DNA of 64,000 bases from an uncultured Mariniplasma sp. Lineage in GTDB: Bacteria > Bacillota_I > Bacilli_A > Acholeplasmatales > Acholeplasmataceae. The stretch lies in the NCBI GenBank assembly GCA_964566285.1, contig CAZMIG010000003.1, positions 28,654 to 92,653 of the forward strand, read 5' to 3'. This document shows positions 19,851 to 29,658 of this stretch, in pieces (positions within the stretch are counted from its first letter, which is position 1; every line of letters begins with the position of its first letter). A program made the position numbers and the translations under genes. The notes under the pieces are model-generated. The model had not been told where the DNA came from, ran no database searches, and was given only the letters and a program-made list of their open reading frames with translations.

Positions 19851-22277
19851 ATGAAAAAAATAGTATTTACGATTCTCATATTATTTGGAGCATTAGCGCT
19901 TTCAGCGTGTGCAACAAAAAGAAATCAAGCACCGGTAATTTCGGGTGCAAATTTAACTCCCGAAATTTATTTAGGAGATGATTATGATCCTTTAGATGGG
20001 GTAACAGCAAGCGACCCCGAAGACGGTGATATCACATCTAGTATTGTAGTTAGTGGCCTAGAAGGCGCGACAGACTCTGTGGGAACTGCAACAATTATTT
20101 TATCAGTTTCGGATTCACAGGGACTTGAGGCAACAAGCGTTACAATCAATTTGACTGTTATAGCAGCAATTGTTCAAGTGCCAACACTTACAGGAGTTGT
20201 CACAAATCCTATGGTTACAGAAGATGATCTGTATAACCCACTCACTGGAGTTACAGCTACAGATATTCAAGATGGTATTTTGACGAGCAGTATTGAAACT
20301 GTAGGATATGATGCAAATGTTTTAGAAACCCCAGGCACATATACATTTTCAATATCTGTAACAGATAGCGATTCAAATACCACTTCAGTAACTGTTACGC
20401 TTACAGTTATTGCAAGAAGTTCATTTGAACCATCGATTAGTTTAGTCAATAGAAATCCTGTAATTACAGTTGGAGATCCTTTTAATCCTTTAACTGGAGT
20501 CACAGCGAGTGACCCTCAAGATGGTGATTTGACAAGTAGTATCGTTGTTTCAGGTTTTGATGTTGAAGACATCAGTGTACCCGGTGTTTATGTTATTACT
20601 CTTGAAATTACTGATGCAGATCAAAATACAACAAGTACGACATTAACATTAACTGTTCTTGCAGTTATTACGCCACCGGTAATTACAGGAGTTGTAGCAG
20701 TTCAGACATATTATATTGGTTCAGGCGCATATGATCCACTTTCTGGCGTTACTGCCACTGATTCAACTGACGGTAACATTACAGATCAAATCGTTGTTAC
20801 AGGTACATATTTATTGGATACTCCAGGCGTGTACACAATTACATTGCGTGTAACGAATTCAAATTTACTTAGAACATCAGTTACCATTCGTTTGACGGTA
20901 GCACAAAGTGAAATTCCACTCACACTTGGAACTGATCCAATTGAAATTACATTATGGCATGCAATGGGTGAAGCGAACCAAGCACTGCTTCAAAAGTATG
21001 CAGATAGCTTCCAGCTATTGTATCCTAATGTTACAGTAATTATTCCTGCTGGTGTCGGCTCTTATGACACATTAAAGACAAACATGATTAATGCAATTAC
21101 TGCTCAAGACATGCCTAATCTTGTTCAAGGGTATCCAGACCATGTAGCTGAATATTTAAATGGTAAAGCTGTAGTTAATTTGAATCCTTATATCTATAGT
21201 GATCAATGGGGTTTAAATGGAGATAATGCACTTGACGATGTTATTGCTTCATACCTTGAAGAAAACAGTCAGTATGATGCTGCTGGAACATATTATTCTC
21301 TCCCATTCAATAAATCTACAGAAATTATGATTTATAACAAGACAGTATTTACTGCACTTGGACTTGATGAACCAGAAACATGGCAAGATATTATTGCAGC
21401 TGGTCCAGATCTTAAAGAATATGGTGATGATCTAGCTGAAGCAAAAGTTAGAGCTGCAAATTCAACACTTGGTGAAACCGCTTTAGCTCCACTTATTGCA
21501 GCAGCTCAGTCATTGATTGTTCCTTCTTCATATGATTCTACAGGTAATGGATTCATTACATTTACACGACAATTTAATGGTGCGTATACGGGAATTGATT
21601 ATGCAACATTTAGCGGTGAGTATTTATGGAATGATAATGTAAATACAACTGCAGCAATGCAATTTTTGAAAGATAATAATGACATTATCACATTGCCAGA
21701 ATTTTGGGATCAAGAATTTGCTTCGGTACCATTCCTTGCCCAACAAACATTTGTAACTATAGGTTCATCCGCAGGTATTAGATATAATATTCCAGCAATT
21801 GATCCAACAACAAGTCTTCCAGTATTTGAAATTGCTGTAGGTCCAGTACCTTATAATGCTGATCTTCCTGATGCAAAAGCTGTTATTCAACAAGGAACTA
21901 ATATTTCATTGATGAAGACGGGCACAGCACAAGAACAACTTGCATCATGGTTATTCTTAAAACACTTAATTAAGACTGAAAACACAACTGACTGGGCTAT
22001 GAATACTGGCTATTTACCAGTTAGAACCAGTGCATATTTAAGTGCAGCATATCAAACTTTCTTAACTTCTCCTACTGCAAATCAACTTCCTATTTCTATG
22101 GCTGCAAACGCTGCATACAAACAATCCGGATATATGTTCTATGATCCAGCATTTATTGGTTCATCTAGAGCACGTGTTCAAGTTGGTTTAGCATTAGAAC
22201 GTATCATGATTGGCGATGGAAATATTGCAGAAGCACTTCTAGAAGCGTATACTGAAGCTAATTTGGGTGGATCGTGA
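19851..22277 (+). CDS. Lipoprotein: four Ig-like (DUF5011-like) repeats fused to an ABC extracellular solute-binding domain (family 1)
   Basis: 808 aa from ATG 19851 (RBS GGAGG). Lipobox LSAC. Four roughly 80-aa repeats of the form ...YDPLDGVTASDPEDGDITSSIVVSG...T.T.TV.A. The C-terminal half is SBP-like (ITLWHAMGEANQALLQKYADSF...). Confidence 0.85.
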   Translation: MKKIVFTILILFGALALSACATKRNQAPVISGANLTPEIYLGDDYDPLDGVTASDPEDGDITSSIVVSGLEGATDSVGTATIILSVSDSQGLEATSVTINLTVIAAIVQVPTLTGVVTNPMVTEDDLYNPLTGVTATDIQDGILTSSIETVGYDANVLETPGTYTFSISVTDSDSNTTSVTVTLTVIARSSFEPSISLVNRNPVITVGDPFNPLTGVTASDPQDGDLTSSIVVSGFDVEDISVPGVYVITLEITDADQNTTSTTLTLTVLAVITPPVITGVVAVQTYYIGSGAYDPLSGVTATDSTDGNITDQIVVTGTYLLDTPGVYTITLRVTNSNLLRTSVTIRLTVAQSEIPLTLGTDPIEITLWHAMGEANQALLQKYADSFQLLYPNVTVIIPAGVGSYDTLKTNMINAITAQDMPNLVQGYPDHVAEYLNGKAVVNLNPYIYSDQWGLNGDNALDDVIASYLEENSQYDAAGTYYSLPFNKSTEIMIYNKTVFTALGLDEPETWQDIIAAGPDLKEYGDDLAEAKVRAANSTLGETALAPLIAAAQSLIVPSSYDSTGNGFITFTRQFNGAYTGIDYATFSGEYLWNDNVNTTAAMQFLKDNNDIITLPEFWDQEFASVPFLAQQTFVTIGSSAGIRYNIPAIDPTTSLPVFEIAVGPVPYNADLPDAKAVIQQGTNISLMKTGTAQEQLASWLFLKHLIKTENTTDWAMNTGYLPVRTSAYLSAAYQTFLTSPTANQLPISMAANAAYKQSGYMFYDPAFIGSSRARVQVGLALERIMIGDGNIAEALLEAYTEANLGGS
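19929..20900 (+). repeat. Four tandem intragenic Ig-like domain repeats (about 240 nt each, diverged)
   Basis: The recurring protein motif P(L/T)xGVTA(S/T)D..DG.(I/L)T(S/D) occurs four times. Confidence 0.8.
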
Positions 22278-24355
22278 GAAAATATTATTTCGTTCTACTT
22301 ATCATAATTTTCGGATTCTTTGCATCATCGTGCGAAGAATCTGAAATTCCAGTTGTAGACAATAAAATTACGTTAATAGATTTAGCAGGAAAAATAGAGG
22401 AAGAAATATTAGCACTATATGCGAATGAGGATTTAACTATTACTTTTAGCACTTTGGAAACCAATGATTATTCGGAAAATGAATTTGTTAGATATATAGG
22501 ATATTCTATTGGAGATCAAGTTGATCCTGGGATAGAAATAAGTATTGAAATCGCAATACCATTAATTACAAGTTTTATTCTTGAAGATTTATCAGGTAAG
22601 ACACAGGCTGAAATATCAGCAATTTATGCAGATACAGATGTAACAATCACGTTTGTTTTGACAAAAACAAATGATGTTGCACCAGGCTTGTTTGTTTCCT
22701 ATGTTGGTTATCAATTTGGTGATGAGGTTGATTTTGGAGAAACTATTACTATTCAAATTGCAGAACCGCTTGTTTTGAAATTCACTCTACCCGATTTGGT
22801 TGGAATGACTCAAACAGAGATTGAAGTATTATTTGCTGATGTGGACTTAGTTATTACTTATAGAGAAGTTTCATCAAGTGAAGTTCCAGCTGGACAGTTT
22901 ATTAAATATGGTGGATTTTCAGCAGGAAACGAAGTGAGTTTTGGCACAAATATTAGAATTGACATAGCTGTTTTAGCACCATCTGCACCTACGATAAGCG
23001 GAGCTGATGATGAAACTATTTATGCAGCAGTTACAGGTAACCCGCCAACTTTTGATATTTTCGATGGTGTTCATGCTTATGATTATTTAGGAAATGAAAT
23101 ACCACTCGGTGGATTCTTCTTCATTCTTAAGATTGAGGACAGCGCAAGCAATATCATCGAAGCAGTTGATTATTATAGAGTAGGAGATTATACAATTTAC
23201 TATCAAGCTATAAATTCTCTACTTACCACAACTGTTGAAAGGGTAATTCATATTGTAATTCCACCATTTGATACCGATCAAACAGATGCATTGAGACTTG
23301 ATGTTACTTATACTGGACTATCATTTATTGATGATGGTATCGGAGAAGTTGAAATTACATCATTTACTGATGCTGACACAACTAATTTTGTTGATGTTGT
23401 AAGTGGTGACAAATTTACAGTTCGTTATTTAGGCATTGATGCTCCCGAAGCAACTAGCAAATATGATCCTTGGGGTATCAAAGCAGCTAATTTTGTTCGT
23501 GAAATACTGACGAATGCTGATAAGATTATTCTACAGGCTGAAGGCGACAGAACAGATGGCAACGGTAGATATCTTGCTTGGGTGTGGTATATTGTTGATG
23601 GCGAAACTAGATTACTCAATTTAGAAATAGTTGAACAGGCGTACGCGTGGGTATCTGGAGCAACCACAACACAATATGCAACTCCATTTGAGATTGCAGG
23701 TGCGGAAACTCAGTTAACTGGAAAACGTATTTATGGTGAAATAGATCCAGATTATGATTATAGTACTGAAGGTACACCAATTGAAATAGGTATCCTAATT
23801 GATACATTTGATGACTATTTAGCAAGAAAAGTAACTGTAACAGGTATTATCACATCAAAAGTAGGTAATAGTATTTACTTAGAACAAAATGGTAGAGGTA
23901 TATATATATATACAGGTTATAATCCAACTAATGAACTACAAATTGGTTATGAAGTTACAATTCAAGGGTTAGTTGGTGCTGTATATTATGAAGGAAAGCA
24001 ATTATCGGATTACAAGTATGAAAATATGCAGCTCGAATCTATCGACAATCCAGTGGTTATAACAACAATTATGGGAAATCAAATCGGAAATTATGTTGGT
24101 AGAGTTGTAAATTTTGAAAATTTAACGATTCAAAGTATAGATCCATCTGATACTAATAATGCATATACCATTATTGCGAAGGATGATTTAAACAACACAG
24201 TAAACATTCGTGTTGACGACTATACTGCATCATTTGCACCAAGTTATTTATTTGTTTCTGGTGCACACATATCGGTTTTTGGACCTGTTACACAATTTTA
24301 TTCAACATATCAATTGATGCTACCAGGTTTGGGAAATATAGAGTTCAAGGATTAA
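22274..24355 (+). CDS. Surface lipoprotein nuclease A: PASTA-like x3 + Ig-like + SNase (thermonuclease) + OB-like C-terminus
   Basis: 693 aa. The GTG start overlaps the SBP stop. Lipobox ASSC. SNase core FTVRYLGIDAPEATSKY...GRYLAWVWY...LNLEIVEQAYAWV. C-terminal module KVTVTGIITSKVGNSIYLEQNGRGIYIYTG. Confidence 0.8.
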   Translation: MRKYYFVLLIIIFGFFASSCEESEIPVVDNKITLIDLAGKIEEEILALYANEDLTITFSTLETNDYSENEFVRYIGYSIGDQVDPGIEISIEIAIPLITSFILEDLSGKTQAEISAIYADTDVTITFVLTKTNDVAPGLFVSYVGYQFGDEVDFGETITIQIAEPLVLKFTLPDLVGMTQTEIEVLFADVDLVITYREVSSSEVPAGQFIKYGGFSAGNEVSFGTNIRIDIAVLAPSAPTISGADDETIYAAVTGNPPTFDIFDGVHAYDYLGNEIPLGGFFFILKIEDSASNIIEAVDYYRVGDYTIYYQAINSLLTTTVERVIHIVIPPFDTDQTDALRLDVTYTGLSFIDDGIGEVEITSFTDADTTNFVDVVSGDKFTVRYLGIDAPEATSKYDPWGIKAANFVREILTNADKIILQAEGDRTDGNGRYLAWVWYIVDGETRLLNLEIVEQAYAWVSGATTTQYATPFEIAGAETQLTGKRIYGEIDPDYDYSTEGTPIEIGILIDTFDDYLARKVTVTGIITSKVGNSIYLEQNGRGIYIYTGYNPTNELQIGYEVTIQGLVGAVYYEGKQLSDYKYENMQLESIDNPVVITTIMGNQIGNYVGRVVNFENLTIQSIDPSDTNNAYTIIAKDDLNNTVNIRVDDYTASFAPSYLFVSGAHISVFGPVTQFYSTYQLMLPGLGNIEFKD

Positions 24356-24380
24356 AAAAAATATAATGGAGGAAAGTCAA

Positions 24381-27300
24381 ATGAGTAAAAGATTAACGTT
24401 TAAAAGCGCATTATCATTCATTGTGATACTATTTACTGCATTTTTTCTTGTTGGTTGTGGCGACACAGATCAAGAACTAGTAGATGCAGCACTCAGTGAT
24501 GTTGCATTAGTTTTTGCAACAGGAGATAGTGCGACTTCAGTGACACAGAACTTATCATTGCCAACGGCAGTTGGTGAAACAATCACCATTTCATGGTCTT
24601 CTGATAAGACTGCAGTCATATCAAATGCTGGCGTAGTTGTACGTCCTGCAGTTGGTCAGCCAGATGCAACAGTTGTTTTAACTGGCACATTGACCATGGG
24701 TGAAGCAACAGCAACAAAAGCATTTACGCTTGTTGTTAAAGCAATGGTGCTAACTGATCAACAAACTGTTGATGCGGCGGTTCCTAACGTTGCAATCACA
24801 TATGCAACTGGTGATAGTGCAACATTAGTCAACGAAGATGTAGTTTTACCTACAGCAGTTGGTACAGTTGTAGTTGCATGGTCTTCTGATACACCTGCAG
24901 TAATTTCTAATGCTGGTGTTGTTGTACGACCTGCAAAAGGTGAAGCAGATGCGACAGTTGTTTTAACAGCAACCTTAACTAAGGGTACTGCAACAGCAAC
25001 TAAAACATTCACATTGGTTGTTCATGCTTTGCAATATACTGATCAAGAATTAGTAGACATGGCAGTTACTGCACTAATGGTTGGTTATGCAGTTGGTGAT
25101 ACTGTTGATACAGTCACTGCAGATGTAACTCTTGCTGCAACATCAAACACAGCAACAGTTGCTTGGGCATCAGATACTCCAGCAGTTATTTCTAACGCTG
25201 GTGTCGTTGTACGTCCTGCAAAAGGTGAAGCTGATGTGGTAGTTATCTTAACTGCAACGCTTACTATTGGCGCTGTTGAAGAAACTAAGACATTTACTCT
25301 TACAGTCTTAGCTATTCCTTATACTGAAGAAGATGCTACAGCTGCACTTGATATTTCAGGTACAGATCTTGTCTATAATGCTGAAACAAGCAGATACACT
25401 ACAACAAGTGATATTACTTTACCAGAAACATCATTAGAATTTGATATTGTTTGGACATCTGGAAATGAAACATTTATTGGTGCAAATGGCGTAGTCGTCA
25501 GACCAGCATATGGAGAAACAGATTCAACAGTTATCTTAACTGCAACGATTGGTGAAGAAACAAAAGAATTTATTGTTACAGTCTTAGCTATTACAGTTAA
25601 ACCTGCAGCATTAAAGCTTGCAGATGCAGCGACTATCTTATTGCTTTCTGGCGGAATTGAAGCTGGTGTTGTAACTGGCAAACTAGAATTAGCAACTACA
25701 GTTGGTACTGAAGGTGTTACAGTTGCATGGGCTTCAAGTGATACAACCGTTATTACATCTACAGGTAGTGTATATAGACCTGAATTAGGTGAAGAAAATG
25801 CAAACGTTACATTAACAGCAACATTGTCTGTTGATGATGAATCAACTACTAAGGTTTTCAATGTTATTGTTACAGCTAGAACAGTTGCAGCAGAATTTTC
25901 TGGAACCATAGCTGAAGTCATGGCACAAGCAAAAGACACTTATGTTAGAGTTGTTGGTGTTACGATTTTCGGTGAAGCTTTAGATGGTTTTTATATTGCA
26001 GATGCAACAGGTACAGCATTTATATATGGCGCAGCAATTCCTACTGATTTTGATTTTGGTAGTGTTGTTGATATTGAAGGATTTATTGATATATATTATC
26101 TTGCAATGCAAATATCTGGTACTGATGCTGAACCAATTTATGTTCTTCCTTCTGACGCAGCAGTAACAGAAGTTGCTTATCCAGAAACAGCAATTGATAG
26201 TATTACTTCTATGGCTCTACCTGCAGTTGGTACTGAATTCAATATGATGCCAGTAACCGTTACAGCAAGAGTACTTGTTACAGGAACAGGCAACTATGAT
26301 GTATTCTTAGTGCCAGTTGATCATAGAGGCGATTTAGATAAGGACACAGCACTTATGATTTATTATAAGTCTAATATTGCAGCTTTAAGACCTTTAGATG
26401 GACAAAAAGTTCAAATTGAAATCGTCGTGTCTACCTATCGTACAAATGATCTAGTATGGACTTTTGTCTTCTTACAAGAAGCAGAAGATATTACTATTAT
26501 TCCAAATACAGATTTAGAATGGATTGAAATTGCTCAAGGCTCATTAGCATATGAATTTGAAAAAGAATATGTCTTAACAGAAACATTCGAATTGCCTACA
26601 GATATTGAAGGCGTAGCAATCAGTTGGGTATCAGATAACGAATTGTTTGATGTAACAACTGGCGTTCTTGCAATGCCATTAACTGGACAAGAAGATGTTA
26701 CATTGACTGCAACACTTACAAAAGGTGATGCTACAGGTGAATTTACAGCTACATTCAAAGCTGGTGACAAACCAGTTCAGACTATAGCAGAAGCACTCGC
26801 AGTTTCCACAGGAGATTTAGTTCATGTTGTTGGTGTTGTAACAGCAAATCAATACTATAGAATATTCTTTATTCAAGATGATACTGGTGGTATTGCAATT
26901 TATACATCCGATGCTGATCTTATCACTTTCTTAACAACAAATTATGGTAAAGAAGTTGACATCGTTGGTACAAGAGCAGCTAACTATGGTTTAAATGAAA
27001 TTTCTTATACTCAAATTTACAGTCTTGTCGGTGATGCTACAATGCCAATAGCTGTAAATATTGATTCATTTGAACTAGATGCAACAGCTTTAGCACCATA
27101 TCAAGGACAATTGGTCGAATTGACTGGTCTTGCAGTTCTTGAAATAGATGAAGATAAATATGGAAATATTAGCGTTACATTATATGATGCAAATGCTAAT
27201 GAAGAAATTATATTGAAATGGGATTCAAGATTTACATTGACAACAGAAGCAGCTGCTGTATTAGATTCTATAGCTGTTAATGATGTTATTGATATTGTAA

Positions 27301-29531
27301 ATCCACTTGCTTGGGATGGCGGACCTCGTCTATTCTTTACAGATTCTACAACTATTACTAAGCAAGATTTATCAGATGCTGAAAGAGTTGCTTTGGCAAA
27401 ATCTACAGCTGTTGGATATTTTGAAGATGAATATAATGTAATTACAACTTTAGTTCCATTTACATCTTTATTTGGAGCTACAATCGCTTATGATACTGCA
27501 AGTGAATATTTTGATGTAACAACAGGCGAAGTAACTCTTCCTACAATGGGACGTGAAACTGTTAGTATTACAGCCACTATTTCATTCGGCACTGAAACTG
27601 ACACGGCTACAATTGAGTTTATCGTTGGACCATATCTAATATCGGATGTAAAGGCCGGGGTTGACGATGATGAGTTCCGTATTCAAGGTATAGTTATTTC
27701 AAGCCCTTACAACGCTACATATTTTATACAAGATGAATCTGGTGCACTTGCAATATATACATATGATACAGCACTTCAAGCTTTATTAGTCTTAGGTGAT
27801 CTTGTTGAAATAACTGGTGTTAGAGATTCATTTGGTGGATTAATAGAATTTGCACCAAGTACTGTTGTTGTTTTAGATAATGATGTCACACTACCGGATG
27901 CAGTTAATGTTGACTCCTTAGATTTAGACGATGAAGCATTATTACCATATCAATCACAGGTTGTTGTTATGACGCAAATGGTTGTTAATTCAATAGCAAC
28001 TGGATACAATAATTACTCCGTAATCTTATATAACGCAATCGCTGATGATACAATCGAACTTCGTTATGACACACGTCTTACAATTTCTACAACAGCTCTT
28101 GATGTTCTTCATGGCTTAGTTGTTGGTGATATTGTTGACGTTACATCTGTACTTTCGTGGTACTTTACTGGACCTCAATATATCTATACAGAATCTACTA
28201 TTGTTGTTGATACTCCAGTACCAAGTGCAGAAGCGCTTGCTGCAGTTGATAAAATGAAGGCTGATGCAGATGCAGCAGAACTTACTATTGTTGCAAAAGT
28301 TGAAGAAGCAACTACTTTGGACCTTGATGTTTTAGGTACAAATGGTTCCACCATTGTTTGGACATCAACTGATGATTTAGTCATTGATCCAGATACTGGT
28401 ATTGTTGTTCTTCCAGCAGAAGGTCAAGTCACAATTACTTTAACTGCTACAGTAACATTGAATTTAGCTGAAACTGTAGTTACATTTGATGTATTAGTTG
28501 GTGTTCCTTCTGCACCAGTTGTACAAACATTAGATTTATACTTCTCAGAATATATTGAAGGTAGTAGTTATAATAAAGCTATTGAAATTTATAACCCAAC
28601 TAATGCAACTATAGATTTAACTACTTATACTGTTGAACTTTATTCCAATGGATCAGCTACTGTTGGATTTACAGAAACACTAACAGGAACGTTAAATGCT
28701 GGCCAAACACTTGTTCTAGTTTATGCTTCAGCTACGGCAGCTTTTAAAGTTGGTAATTATGTTGAAAGTGCTGTAACAAACTTTAATGGTGATGACACAA
28801 TTCTACTTAAAAATGATGGTGCTATTATTGATAGCTTTGGACAAAATGGATTTGATCCAGGTACAAGTTGGACAGTGGGCGGTGTTAGTACAGCAAACAT
28901 GACTTTAATTAGAAAAGCTGCTGTCAAATATGGCGACCTAGATTCAACAAACGTTTTTGATCCAAGTGCTGAATGGGTTGCATTTGAACAAGATACTACA
29001 ACTTACCTTGGATACCATGCTCCTGATTTATTCATCTCTGAATATATTGAAGGTTCAAGTAGTAACAAGGCATTAGAAATTTATAACCCAACTGTAGAAA
29101 CTATTGATTTATCAACGTATGTTATTGAACAGTATAAAGGGACTTTAGTTGCAGATTATACATTATCACTCACTGGAACATTAGCTCCAGGTGCTGTATA
29201 TGTTATAGCTGCTGACCAAGCCAGTACAACTGTACTTGACTTGGCAGATTTAGAACTTTCTTATCCAAGTATTGTTCATTTCACCGGTGACGACACTATA
29301 GTTTTAAAAAATGCTACTACAATTATTGACTGTATTGGACAAATTGGATTCGATCCAGGTACTGCATGGGGAGTTTCTACTGTTAGTTATACAGCTGAAA
29401 TGACGCTCGTAAGAAATGTAGATATTATGCGTGGCTATACAGATGCACTTGCTGTTTACGATCCAACTCTTGAATGGACTTTTTACCCACAAGATACTTT
29501 TACTTATCTAGGATCTCATACAGTTAGCTAA
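24381..29531 (+). CDS. Giant surface lipoprotein: 8 Ig-like repeats, 3 OB-like modules, 2 C-terminal lamin-tail domains, no catalytic domain recognised
   Basis: 1716 aa from ATG 24381 (RBS GGAGGA). Lipobox LVGC. Repeats of the form LP.....ITWSS......ISN.GVVVRP..G..DA.V.LTATLT.G.....K.F.L.V. OB-like modules such as LVHVVGVVTANQYYRIFFIQDDTGGIAIYT. LTD motifs FSEYIEGSSYNKAIEIYNPT and ISEYIEGSSSNKALEIYNPT. Confidence 0.8.
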   Translation: MSKRLTFKSALSFIVILFTAFFLVGCGDTDQELVDAALSDVALVFATGDSATSVTQNLSLPTAVGETITISWSSDKTAVISNAGVVVRPAVGQPDATVVLTGTLTMGEATATKAFTLVVKAMVLTDQQTVDAAVPNVAITYATGDSATLVNEDVVLPTAVGTVVVAWSSDTPAVISNAGVVVRPAKGEADATVVLTATLTKGTATATKTFTLVVHALQYTDQELVDMAVTALMVGYAVGDTVDTVTADVTLAATSNTATVAWASDTPAVISNAGVVVRPAKGEADVVVILTATLTIGAVEETKTFTLTVLAIPYTEEDATAALDISGTDLVYNAETSRYTTTSDITLPETSLEFDIVWTSGNETFIGANGVVVRPAYGETDSTVILTATIGEETKEFIVTVLAITVKPAALKLADAATILLLSGGIEAGVVTGKLELATTVGTEGVTVAWASSDTTVITSTGSVYRPELGEENANVTLTATLSVDDESTTKVFNVIVTARTVAAEFSGTIAEVMAQAKDTYVRVVGVTIFGEALDGFYIADATGTAFIYGAAIPTDFDFGSVVDIEGFIDIYYLAMQISGTDAEPIYVLPSDAAVTEVAYPETAIDSITSMALPAVGTEFNMMPVTVTARVLVTGTGNYDVFLVPVDHRGDLDKDTALMIYYKSNIAALRPLDGQKVQIEIVVSTYRTNDLVWTFVFLQEAEDITIIPNTDLEWIEIAQGSLAYEFEKEYVLTETFELPTDIEGVAISWVSDNELFDVTTGVLAMPLTGQEDVTLTATLTKGDATGEFTATFKAGDKPVQTIAEALAVSTGDLVHVVGVVTANQYYRIFFIQDDTGGIAIYTSDADLITFLTTNYGKEVDIVGTRAANYGLNEISYTQIYSLVGDATMPIAVNIDSFELDATALAPYQGQLVELTGLAVLEIDEDKYGNISVTLYDANANEEIILKWDSRFTLTTEAAAVLDSIAVNDVIDIVNPLAWDGGPRLFFTDSTTITKQDLSDAERVALAKSTAVGYFEDEYNVITTLVPFTSLFGATIAYDTASEYFDVTTGEVTLPTMGRETVSITATISFGTETDTATIEFIVGPYLISDVKAGVDDDEFRIQGIVISSPYNATYFIQDESGALAIYTYDTALQALLVLGDLVEITGVRDSFGGLIEFAPSTVVVLDNDVTLPDAVNVDSLDLDDEALLPYQSQVVVMTQMVVNSIATGYNNYSVILYNAIADDTIELRYDTRLTISTTALDVLHGLVVGDIVDVTSVLSWYFTGPQYIYTESTIVVDTPVPSAEALAAVDKMKADADAAELTIVAKVEEATTLDLDVLGTNGSTIVWTSTDDLVIDPDTGIVVLPAEGQVTITLTATVTLNLAETVVTFDVLVGVPSAPVVQTLDLYFSEYIEGSSYNKAIEIYNPTNATIDLTTYTVELYSNGSATVGFTETLTGTLNAGQTLVLVYASATAAFKVGNYVESAVTNFNGDDTILLKNDGAIIDSFGQNGFDPGTSWTVGGVSTANMTLIRKAAVKYGDLDSTNVFDPSAEWVAFEQDTTTYLGYHAPDLFISEYIEGSSSNKALEIYNPTVETIDLSTYVIEQYKGTLVADYTLSLTGTLAPGAVYVIAADQASTTVLDLADLELSYPSIVHFTGDDTIVLKNATTIIDCIGQIGFDPGTAWGVSTVSYTAEMTLVRNVDIMRGYTDALAVYDPTLEWTFYPQDTFTYLGSHTVS

Positions 29532-29556
29532 TTATATTTGATATTTTAAGATTTAT

Positions 29557-29585
29557 AAGACGCATAGATTTTATGCGTCTTTTTC
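29557..29585 (+). terminator. Rho-independent terminator after the giant lipoprotein gene
   Basis: AAGACGCATA GATTT TATGCGTCTT followed by TTTT. Confidence 0.7.
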
Positions 29586-29658
29586 TTTGCTTTATTGTTC
29601 AAATGACATCTATAACATTATATGTTATAATACTTATGCCTACGAGGAGATAATTTAT

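Noticed and set aside
23885-23910. (TA)n microsatellite-like run GGTATATATATATATACAGG
   Set aside because: It is short, lies in-frame within nuclease A (coding GIYIYTGY), and has no sign of being a regulatory or variable element.
25373-25939. 188-aa antisense ORF inside the giant lipoprotein gene, plus similar ones at 24758-25012, 26534-26770 and 28184-28384
   Set aside because: These are open frames on the opposite strand of Ala/Thr/Val-rich repeat coding sequence, a known compositional artefact. They lack RBS and start context.
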